64,000 nt of DNA, from assembly GCA_002189035.1 (NCBI GenBank), contig CM007989.1, positions 3,968,001 through 4,032,000 of the forward strand, in the 5' to 3' direction. Shown here in pieces: positions 11,567 to 22,860 of this stretch. Numbering within the stretch: position 1 is the stretch's first letter; every line of letters starts with the position of its first letter. Position numbers and translations under genes: made by a program. The notes under the pieces were generated by a model. It was not told the DNA's origin and did not search any database. It saw only the letters and a list, made by a program, of their open reading frames with translations. The DNA comes from Utricularia gibba (lineage: Eukaryota > Plantae > Magnoliophyta).

Positions 11567-14500
11567 TCAGACAAAGGACCAGTTAACAAAGGAGAAGGCG
11601 AGGCAGTGCACATCGCTCTCTTCCTCTGCGAAGACTTTCCAGATCTCGGCGCGTTCGTAGGACGCATTCCGGCCCATCGTCGACGTGCAGACGCCGCCGG
11701 GCAACTGTGCGAAACCCTGCAACAAGATGGTGAATTAGTATCAGAACCCAGAGTAGGTGTGTTCAAGTGCGGCGTACATTTCGCATGATCTTGGAGAACT
11801 CGGCGAACAAGGCCCTCCGCCCAGAATCGTCGAATATCTTGTCTATCATTATGCCCTGCAGCGCCAGAAGCGCTGTCTCCAGCATGTCGAGCCCGGACTG
11901 GTTCGCGAATGTGAAAACGGGCACCGCCTAGGGAAACGCCAGAGTCTCAGAGATGATGAAGTTGAAACATGAAATTGGAGATTCGGGGAAGGATGTGTTC
12001 TGCACCTTCAACGAGCAGCAGAGGATGGCGTTCCGTTGTCGCCAGAGCGCTTTCAGAACTGCATCGTCGATGGGGCTACCGGGATCGGCTCCTAGAAGCT
12101 CCCCTCCCGTGTGGTAGCTAACAACGACGCAGAGAAAAATCAGAAAGAGAACACCTTTGCTCGTTACTGGGCATGGCAGTCAGTACCTGTAGCTCCGGCA
12201 GAGCCAATGAGCGAGTGTGAGGGCTTCTGGGGAGGCTGAACCAAGCTTCGATCCCACCGCAGGGGACGCCGGAGATATTGCCATTGCCACTCTCTGCACA
12301 GGGGACATCACATTCCGAACGTACTGTCTCGCCATTGCAGCTACATTTTCCAGTAAACTACTCTCAAACGGGAACTGGAATGCGATTATCAGTATGGACC
12401 GGGAACCCTGCGGGGAAGATGACCCTCTGCAGCTGCTGCTCGTGGCTGCCCCTGCTTCAAGACTTGGCGCCAGGTCTAATGCTTTGCACGAAGGAGACGA
12501 GTCCTGGTAACCCAAAGAAAATGCAAGATCAGTCACCCAAAAACATGAACTACAGAAGGCAAGAGCTGTGATGGGAACTGAACTGGCTTCCGATCGAGTG
12601 AGATTACACGAAAGCCACATGGGAGCAGGACTGAGAAGTCAGGAAACGTTTCAAGGATCGGAGCATACACGAGCTCAGCACAGGCTCCAACTGCTTCGTC
12701 ATCGATTCCACTGCACATCTGAATATGTAGAAGAGCTCATTACAGTAGATACCCTCCACGGATTTCATGGCATAACCCACCAAGCTAGCAAACTACGCAC
12801 CTGTAGGAGATGGATGCCCTTTGATACGAATGCATCCTCATGGTCGAGAAAATGCACTTCCAGCCGAACGATTTCAAGTATCTGAAACACGACGGAGCTT
12901 CGGCGAAAAATTGGGACATGGCGAAACTTCAGATGTACACCAAACACAGAAGCCATGGAAATCTACCTCTTCATGTTCAATTGTCTGAACAAGCTGCATT
13001 GTAGTGTGGCTTCCAGTAAACTCAGTCGTCCTCAACCCCAGATCCATATATGTGTTTTTCAAGGCAGAAGAAATATATGCATCCACGCTGAAGTCAGCCC
13101 ACTCAGATCGGTGCTCCCTCAAGAACTGGACCAGCATTCCTGGATGGACATTCTGCGTAAACACGAGAAAAAAAAAATAAAGAGCAGATTCACAGAATAA
13201 CAATGGAACATGAGATGTGATACCTGAAGCAGCATAGAGGCTTTTGCACAGAGAACACTACTGGTAACTGGAGGGTTGCTTGCACCGGCTATTGGATTCC
13301 GGAGCGTACCGATGGCAACTATTATATCTTCATTGCCATCACATTTCATTATGGACCAACCATCATCGTTAAAACCATTTACAGCATCATTAAACCCTCT
13401 ACAAAAGTTAGCACGTAAATGATGAAGCCATTAGAAACATGGGCCGGCCAACTGATCAGAAGATAACATTGAAGAAGTGAGTACCTGCTTAACATCTGGC
13501 TGAAAGTTCTTAGGACACCAGGCTGCCGACCGAGGCCGTACGCCACCTCGCCGCTCGTTTCTTGGGCAAGTTGCTGTATATATTTCAAAGCCTAACAAGT
13601 GCAATGCAAGTCAGAGTTTCAATCTTCCACATTAAGGATTGAATTTACTTCAACATGTAAGACACATTCATACTAACCGCAAGTGTAGTTTTTTGAGCCA
13701 AGAAGCTTCAAGATTCATATAGAGGTCGCAGCACCTCCGGAACACTCCATGGCTTGAAAAGGTTGGATAGAAGCTCATCGAAGTGAATATTTCAAAGGGA
13801 GTCAAGAATCAAGACAAATACCTCAAGGTTATAGTGATCAACAATGTGAATGATGGATCCCCCACCTTCACATGGTCGGATCAGACACCCAGAGGGAAGC
13901 ATTTCACCTCTCACAAACTGTAAAGCTGAACCTCCATTCGGACCAGCCCCGGTACCGGAGAGAGATCGTTCACATACCTTTTAGGACAAAATAAATTGCA
14001 TTGAAACTTTACATGTCAAGTTCATATTTTGACCACCAAGTGGAAGAGGGTTGAATTTGGAAGATGAACTTACCACAAGACTTCCATTGTCTAAGGTGGT
14101 GGTGTATCTCAAGGTCCAGAAATCACGAGCCGGGACCAACGTTGTTGGGGCATATGTCTAGCAGAATAAACGGTGACCTTGAATCCAATCCACTGGCTCA
14201 CCAGTAAGCAACAAAAAAACATTCTAAGTGTATAACCTGTATATACAACAGTTCAATTGTTCCTCCGTTTCCAGATGGAAACATAGTGAAGATCTCAACA
14301 CTCCGACATTCACGATACCAGGACATACGATCCTTAAGACTCTCCAAGATCTGTTCAGGTTAGGAGACTTCACAATCATCAAAATAGTACAGGAAACAGG
14401 TTAATGGTAAAATACTAATATTTTGTTGAACCTTGGTAGGCTCTAAGCTGATAAGACTGCACACTCGAGCTGCCACTCCATTACATGATTTTGAGATGGC

Positions 14501-15641
14501 AAAGATCCCATCTGAACCCGGACCAGGCTGTGATGAAATGAAAAACACCATCACTTTCAAATAGAGTGAGTAAAATAACATTCAAACCCAGTATTGGCTA
14601 TAAAAGCACAACCTTCATCCCAGGCATCTGCACCCAATCAATAGCTGTTCCTGTGGCCTTTTCCAGGAAATCTGCCAGGGTCCCCTCGGCAATAGAAAGA
14701 AGTCTGCAAACCAAAAATCATAGCAAATCAGCTGGCCTTCAACGAGAAAAGAACTAGACTGATTTTTTGAACTAACGGATGCATAAGTCCATGAAATTTC
14801 AACAAGCAATAATCATACCCAGCAGGGTTGCGCGAGCCTGGGAGGGAATGTTTTGGGGTTGTGACTGCAGACTCGGAACTCGCATCTCCGATGGGTCCAG
14901 TGGCCTGAAAATGCTAGCAAAAATGAAGTGCATTTTGAAGGAAATCGTACTGGTAAGCTAACAAAGAAAAGCAAACCAATAAGAACACACACGTATCTTC
15001 CTCCAAAATTATCAACTTGATAATTCAACCACTAAACAAAAAGCAGCCAATATTTTCCAGGCAACAATTAACATTGGATGTGGTGAAGGAGAATAATACG
15101 GTCTGCAGTTGCTGCCGCATAAATCCATTCTCGCAAACTAGCTGCGAAACCTGCTTCTGTAAGCGGTCATTTTCCTCCATCAGTAATTTGTTCATGGCAG
15201 TTAATTTTCTATTTACACCCTGAAGTCTGATAGCTTCTTTTCTCTGCTTCTCCCGACACCTACATTTGTATAGAAACAGTGATCACCAGCTCGCAATCAA
15301 TCTAAGTTCAAATGCAAGTGTTGATGAGCAACTCAGTTAAAAATTGTAGCTGTTGTTGCCAAGATATACGACAGAAAAGGATAAAAATGGGAACTTTCCA
15401 AGCACCTGCGGTTTTGAAACCAGATTTTGATCTGCTTAGGTTCAATATTTGCAAGAATTGGGCATTCACGAATAAGCTGCTGGCGGCGGTGAGAACTGGG
15501 CTTTGGGCACTCGGCGTAAACTCTCTCCAAAGTTTCCACCTGTTCAGCCGTGTACCGGACATACTTGCCGCCGTCAAGATGTTTATCGATGGTCCCACCA
15601 TTTCCACTTCCGTCCCTGTGCTGCGGAGCCACCATGGCCAT
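11567..15641 (-). CDS. REV: Class III HD-ZIP, REVOLUTA clade (HD-ZIP-START-MEKHLA); in-frame TGA at 13710-13708 in exon 9
   Basis: 18 exons: 15641-15406, 15259-15100, 14904-14819, 14703-14613, 14527-14432, 14350-14237, 14157-14074, 13977-13822, 13752-13678, 13591-13485, 13398-13224, 13152-12967, 12881-12801, 12718-12584, 12503-12187, 12117-12006, 11927-11778, 11716-11567. KYVRYTAEQVETLERVYAECPKP, WFQNRRCREKQRKE, WVQMPGMKPGP, C-terminal HCLAFSFVNWSFV; N-terminus QHRD..DKHLD resembles REV. Confidence 0.92.
14518..14623 (-). promoter_or_regulatory. miR165/166 target site formed across the exon 4/5 junction
   Basis: Spliced mRNA CUGGGAUGAAG|CCUGGUCCGG (14623-14613 + 14527-14518) pairs with miR166 UCGGACCAGGCUUCAUUCCCC over positions 2-16 without mismatch. 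Confidence 0.9.
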
Positions 15642-16560
15642 CTTCCCACAACTTCAAGAATTTTTTTTTTTCCGAAATAGAACTAAAGAAAGCACACAAT
15701 GAAGCAGAATATTCAACGGATGTTACGGTCTACTGACAACAATTCCCTGAAGCAACAGATACTGTAGGAGCTTATTTGATTGGAGGTTGTGGTTGAATGC
15801 GTATTTCAAACAGCGAAAGTAGCTCAATGAAAGCTAGGAAGCTTTGCATGCAAACATCATATGCACAAAGACAAAATGACACTTGCTCCTTTTTCTCCTT
15901 CTATCTTCCCTTTTCTACAAAATGGACCACCTTTGAGTATCCGTCAAGGGAAATCGGCAATACTTCTGTCGCTCCAAAAGGCTCAAATGGCATCCCAAGG
16001 AGAGGCAAAAAAATCAACCACGCAAAAGGCCCCGAATTTCCAAAAAGCGACTAATTTTTACTTCCCCCTCAGACTCAAAGCTAGTATGAGCTCTGACCCA
16101 ACAGCACATTCTGGCTGTAACAGTTGCCTAAGACTTCAAATCCCTGCTTCTCTCCAAAGGATGAGAAGAAAATTCTTTGAACAAAAGGGAAAAGTTTATG
16201 AGAAAGAAAAGTGTTCAGCAACAGAAGAAGAATCCTTGAAGATCTGGGCAAACGGGAACGCAACCCTTGAGCAGAAACGACTCCAGGGAGAAAAAGCTCT
16301 GGTTCTCAAACTAAAAAGATATGCTTTTGTAATCAATCTGCATGTAGGAGCACCTAAGAAACTAGAAAGACAGCACCAACGCAACACGAGAGACGAAAAC
16401 GATGGGTGTCTAAACAGCCACATATAAAAAATTACATATAGCATGAGTAATTTTTTTCACAACATAGGTATTTTCCAAAATCAATCGTTGAAGCCTTTAT
16501 ATTTATTTTAACTTCTGGACAGGCTGCTGCCGCACCAGCCACTGTGGCTAAACAGACTCC

Positions 16561-17546
16561 GGTCAGTCCAGTTAATTTGATAAATGGTCATCTCTTTTCA
16601 TTTAAATTTGAGACATAACATCTCTCAAAATTTTTTTGCAATTTGGCCATATAAAAAATGATACATTAAAAGAAAATCATTATTCATTTAAATACACTGA
16701 TATGCCAGTGTATATACATGGTATATTGAATTTTTTTAATTATCTATTTTCAAAGAAAACCTAATTTCGTTGATTAATATATATAATTACATATTATTGT
16801 ATATAATAGTATAAAATATATAAAAATAACAAATGAATTGTTAAATAATTTACAAATACAAAAAAATAATAACACCCTATTATAGTTAATTATATATAAA
16901 CAGTTGTATAATTAAATTATTAGTGATATTTTACATACTATGTTGAAACTGTAAAACTCTTCTGAATTATAATGATTCTTGAAGAGTGCAGAATGGAGAT
17001 ACTGCACAACTCTTCCAGATCACTGCATTTCCGAAAGTGTGTGGGATACAATTAATTCGAAAACCAAAATTGGCGAAAAATACCTTGATTTTTTTCTTGA
17101 CCATTTATTTTATATAAAAAATGAATTTAATCTTTGATATGTAAATTATGTATATATATTTATATAATTTAATTATGTAATTATTTACACTAATAATTTA
17201 ATTATATAAATGTTTACGTATAATTAACTATAATAGGGTGTTATTATTTTTTTTGTATTTGTAAATTATTTAACAATTCATTTGTTATTGTTGCATATTT
17301 TGTAATATTATATACAATACTATGTAATTACATATATTAATCAACGAAATTAAGTTTTATTTGAAAATAGACAATTAAAAAAAATCAGTATATTATGTAA
17401 TGTCAGTGTATTTGAATGAAAAATGATTTTCTTTTAATATGTCATTTTCGAGATGACCAAATTGAAAAGAGTTTTTGAGAGAATACCATATCTCAAATTT
17501 TAATGGAGAGAGATGGGCATTTATCAAATTGACCTAAACTCCAGCC
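16561..17546. mobile_element. Non-autonomous long-TIR foldback element (Mutator-like MITE)
   Basis: Arms of about 340 bp (16561-16901 and 17212-17546) are imperfect inverted repeats, e.g. AATAACACCCTATTATAGTTAATTATA versus TATAATTAACTATAATAGGGTGTTATT; about 310 bp spacer; no TSD recognisable. Confidence 0.75.
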
Positions 17547-18434
17547 TACCCCCATCTCCTCCATCTCCTCCATCTCTCTCACCCCTCATTCCCTACACTC
17601 CTCCACTCATCATTAAATGCTGGCCACCTCTTCGGTAAATTTAAATCACATTCCACACTAAAGAAGAAAGATTAAAACTTTACAGGCTGATGAAGATGAA
17701 GCTTAGACCAACCGAACAAAGCATTTCCATAGATTGTCGTCAAAAAATTAACATAAATAATATTGATTAATAAATACAATATATTAATAATAATATACAC
17801 GAGTAGTAGTGGTGCTTTATCTATCACACCATTATTGATGGCGAATCGTATGCTAAAGAACGTCATCATTGATGATGCCTCTAAGTGCATACACCATAGC
17901 ACCATCATTGATGGCGCTTTGCTGTGTGCCACCATCAATGATGGCGCCTTGCAGCAAGGCGCCATTAATGATGGTGCCTAGGTGCTCTCAATGGTAGGAG
18001 CCCATGCTCCCCTTCCATTCGCTAGCCACGCTCACTTGTCCTATTACTACATTCTACTTATAAATACCTTGAGCGTTCTTCATATCCTATAAGTGTAAAT
18101 TGTGATTAAAAAACATTTTGATTACAAGGGTAAGACTATGAATTTTTTATATATTCGTAAGTTTTTATATTTTAATTTTTTTATTGCAGTAAAACAATCA
18201 AGTTAGTTATTTAATTTTTTTTATTGTTTGATTAATTATTTTCTTTATTAATTTGTCATGGTTTTTTTATTACATATATGATATTTATTAATTTGTTTTA
18301 AATTTTTTTGTACATTGACATAAGATTTATTTTTATGAATAATATGTTTTTATTATTGTTTTATTAAAAAATAATATATTTAATTTATTATATTAATTCT
18401 TGTCAAATATGTAATATTTTTTTTGTAGATTGAC

Positions 18435-20172
18435 ATGTCGTCACATTTAAGAGTTCATGGTCCTGAGGATCCGAGCCTATTGGATATGCAACAATAGCAC
18501 ATTACTTATGGTCTATTACAGGGATCAGACCGTAAAACGATGCAATTCAAACACATCTACAAATTCTTGGCAGGCAGATCATGGGAGGAGAGGACTGCAA
18601 GATATCTCGATGATTGGGGTTTTTATGGAGTTCTTAAGACATTACGAATGGAACCATACCTCAATTTACTCACAGCTTTAGTTGAAAGATGGCGTCAAGA
18701 GACGCACACCTTCTTACCATGTGGAGAGGCGACGATCACTCTCCAAGATGTTTCTATGATGTGGCGTCTTCGTATTGATGGTATACCGATGGTTCGCACT
18801 CGCACAAAACGCACAACACAGCAATGGCGTGAACTATGTGTCGAACAGTTTGGATGGGAGCCTGAGGAGACCTTCATTGTTGGTGATTCACAATTCATTA
18901 TAATTGGCCTTCAGACATACATTGATGATACATACATTGGTATCACAGTGGAGACTCCTGAGGAGTAAGTTGTACGTTTTGCTCGTGCGGTGGTACTATT
19001 AGTCTGTTGCAGGGTTTTTTCCAGGATGCCACCGATAACCGTGCCAAGTTAAGTGTCCTTGATTGGATAGTAAATCAAGATCGCTGGTTGACTACTAGTT
19101 GGGGGACAGCTATCCTAGCGAATTTGTATCGCGAGCTTGATTTGTGTGCGCTTAGGCGAGTTACAATGGGTGGTGCCTATCGTCTTCTTAAGGTTCAATT
19201 TCTTGATTTCCCGACTAGTATTATATACGTTAAAATTTATCATATTATAATTTTTTTTATGCAACTGTGGGCATATACTCGGATCTCATCTCTACGTCTT
19301 ATACTGAAATGTCATTTCCCACATGATGTATATTGGGAGGGCGAGGGGTTTAAACCGTCCGTGTATGATTACAGGTTTGAAGGTTGGCTCGACCACTCAA
19401 ATGTGGTCTCCCACAAATTAGAGCCAATCTGTGACACATGTGATTTGGTTTGCGGGGATGACGAGGTACATTGTTTTCATATAAATTTATTTTTCGTTGA
19501 ACCGTGGATATTGTCATGACACACATTTCATTGTTTCTTGGATAGTTTGAGTGGACTCCTTACGAGGATATACATTTACTGTGTGTTCCGGAATGTGATC
19601 GTATGCTTTGGCAGTATGCCGGTCCGATGATATATGCATCTCGAGTGGATCCCCATTGCCCTGATCGAGTGTCTCTTCAGTTTGGATGTAGCTGTGTTAT
19701 TCCACTCCCTCCAGATCAATATCCTGTAGAACATAAGTTTACCAGAGACTTCTACGATACTGATTGGACGTTGGAGCATGTTGCACGTATAGCTTTGTGA
19801 GCATCTAGGCACACTCACATTCTCCAGATGCATGACATCCCTACAATGTCTGAAGCGGCGTACATGACTTGGTATAGGTCGCGCACATTGTTGTATCTTG
19901 GAAGAAGACGAGAGAAGGGTGATGGATATCGAGGTGGAAATGCAGAGCCGATAGCTTATGCAGTAAAATAATCATTTTTACAAATATGAGTTAGATCGTG
20001 TAAACTTATTTCTGATATCTTGTTTGTTTTTCAGGTTGCACAACTTGATAGATTTCGTGTTGGGAATCAAGAAGCAGCGTTGGCATATGAAGGTCTTAGC
20101 CAGCAGCTTGGATGGAGTCAATCACTCGTGGCACATCACTCACCGCTACCTAGTGATGATGACACTGCATAG
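18435..20172 (+). pseudogene. Plant mobile domain (PMD, MAIN/MAIL-like aminotransferase-like domain) gene inside the MULE, disrupted
   Basis: GPEDPSLL..., LLTALVERWRQETHTFLPCGEATITLQDVS...IDG, SWGTAILANLYREL, LWAYTRI, DRVSLQFG motifs; several in-frame stops (e.g. CAA TAG CAC near 18490). Confidence 0.85.
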
Positions 20173-20604
20173 GTCCACATGAACCAAGCATACGAGGATT
20201 TCAATGCAGAGTTGTTTTAGCAGTGTGCGGCACCAACGAGTAGACCATCAACATGCGAGGCTCCTTCTTCCTATGTGCGATCACCACTCTTGGCCATGAC
20301 TCCGTCATATCCTTGGCCGCCTTCTTACCCGAAGTTCATGATGTCCCATGCAAGATCGAGCCAATCTAGTGCTGGGAGGGGACATGGTTATTGGAGATTC
20401 TCATGTGGACCACCATATAGTGGTCCACATGATGCGACATGTCCATCATCATCACGGCAGCGTAGTCATGAATAGATGTGTTTTGTTGTTATCGAATAAG
20501 CTATTTTTATGAAAGTAGTTTGAAAACAACTATAAATAAAATATCCAAAATAAATAACTCCAACTAGCAATTAATCAAAGTTCAAACCAGAAAAACCCAA
20601 ATTT

Positions 20605-22860
20605 ATCAGACAATTCTACTGGTGGTGGATTCAGTCCCCGATCCATCTCGTTGTGTATTCTTGAGCGACGCTATCTGTCAACAATAGTCCGATGGCGTGT
20701 AGGATCATGGTATAGGGTCCAGCCCGAGTAAGGGACATAGGTATCAGAGTCAAGAGGGTTGAAAACCTCTTCACTATATGTTTGTCACAATGCATGCAAT
20801 ACATCAAGACTAATCATGAGATCGTTGGCACTTACCTTCACCTTTTCAGCAGTTGCAACAACATGAGAGCATGGAACACCATACTTACTCCACTTTTCGC
20901 AACTACAAGTTTGATCACAAAGCATCACTCTATAACGATAGCGTCTCCCTTTCCCACGGTTGACGACTTCAATCTAAAATGACATATTCGCCGTCTCGAA
21001 TTGACGCACCTTATGTGTCTTAGCTCTCTCACGTGCTCTATCCCAAAAACGTTTTGCCTCATCTGAGAGCACCTGCATACACAGATAACAAGTGTTATAC
21101 ATAAAGTAAAATAATAAAACATTAAAAATACTCGAAATTAAGTAACTTCAAACATAATTCCTGGTGGTTTTCTGTCATCGAGGTGATCTCCTCTTTACGC
21201 TCGTGGAGGATGGTAGCTGACTTGTACAACGTAGTCTCAACAATTGTATTTGAGGGAAACCGACGGCAAACCTTGAGAACGTTGTTCATGATCTCTGTTG
21301 CATTAGAAGTTAGATTCCCGTAGCGTCTGCCTGAATCATATGAGAGTGCTCATCTCTCATATGGACCATTTTCTGGCTCAAAGAACCATGCATAAGCCAT
21401 CGGATTTTTCTTTTGAATCCTTTCGAGGTATATCATCATCTTTCTTGGATCACATGTTGCTCCGGCGTTGTAAGCCATTTGCTTAAGTATTTTGCTTCCA
21501 AACTTCTAGTTGAAGTTGGAAACATAATGACACAAACACCAAAAGTGGGCCAGACGGCCTTCTTGAAACCCAGCGTAATTCCTCACAGCTACAAGCATGC
21601 ATGCAGCTTTGTCCGAGATTATACTACCTTGGCCTCTACAAAAAAAATGCTCATCTAGCAAATCAATAAACCAAAGATATGCATCTGTACTCTCCTCATC
21701 GACGAATGCATAGGCTAACGGTAGGATATGACTACCTCGATCCTTGGTAGTGGCCATGAGCAACTTGTGGTCATAACGTCCATATAAAAAGGTGACATCG
21801 ACCATAACAACAGGCCTACAATACTTGAATGCTCGAATAAATGGACCATAGGCCCAAAAAACATAGTGCATGATTTTATGATCCTCTCCTGCAATAGTTG
21901 GAAAGCAATCTCACGAGACCATTGTACCCAGAGTGGCTTGCGTGATTGCCAGAAATAATGCGGGTAGCTTTTGCACTGATGATTCCCATGTTCTATAGAC
22001 CAACTCAAAAGCAAGTTGAGCACCGTACCATGCACGTTCATAAGTAATCTTCTTTTGATATTTTTCAAAAATACATTTTCGAGCATTTGCAACTTTAATC
22101 TCTACAAAAAAGAAAAGTTATTAAAAATATAAAATATGTTAAAAAAATTAAGAAATATTTAAACTATACCTCCTTCTTTATGTGCAGTATGCATAAATTC
22201 ATATCCAATGAATAATCTAGAAAGGTTGCGATGTTGTGCTCCATCCATATATGCCATACAAGTATGTGGAAAGTCACACATCGATACTTGCCAAACTCCA
22301 TCATGTGCAGATCGCATAATCCTTATGCGCCAATAACACTTAGGATCCATGTTAGCACGAGCGCATTCGCCCTCCCAAAATGTGGGTTGACTAACAGGAA
22401 CGATGAATTCATATCCTCGTTTTATATGATAATGGGCAACACAATATTGTGAATGAACTTTACTAGTAAATGCAATTCCCTTATTCAGCACATGTACCTT
22501 CTCATCGTATCATCTATATTTGCCACCATATTTAAATTCTTCGGATACGAAAGTGTTTACTGGATTGTTTTGGATAGAGGGTATTCCCCCCTCACGAAAC
22601 ACCCCAGAGAATCTTCGAGAGCGAGATCCAGGCAATTGTACTGCACGAGGTGCCTCAATTCCGGTCTCTAGTGCTTAGTCCTCACAAACATTTGCTGGTG
22701 GGGCTTCAGAATCGATGTCTCCACCGTCATCATCAAGGTCAACCATATCTTAAAAAAACAATTAATGATAATAATTTTATATATTAATACTTAATCTCAC
22801 TAAAATTACCTTCTATGGGGAATTCTTCAGCCACGTTCACACTTGGATTGTTATCATGGA
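20605..22860 (-). pseudogene. MuDRA-type (MULE) transposase, disrupted
   Basis: MuDR N-terminal domain (CYWRIR..WQVS..FPHTC), DDE core (FKYCRPVVMVDVTFLYGRYDHKLLMA..LPLAYAFVDEESTDAYLWF..IISD..HFWCLCH), RRYGNLTSNATE, SWIM-like remnant; stops and frameshifts. Confidence 0.85.

Noticed and set aside
11600-11640. Possible frameshift in the last REV exon
   Set aside because: Careful reading gives GAG GAA GAG AGC GAT GTG, in frame to HCLAFSFVNWSFV-stop.
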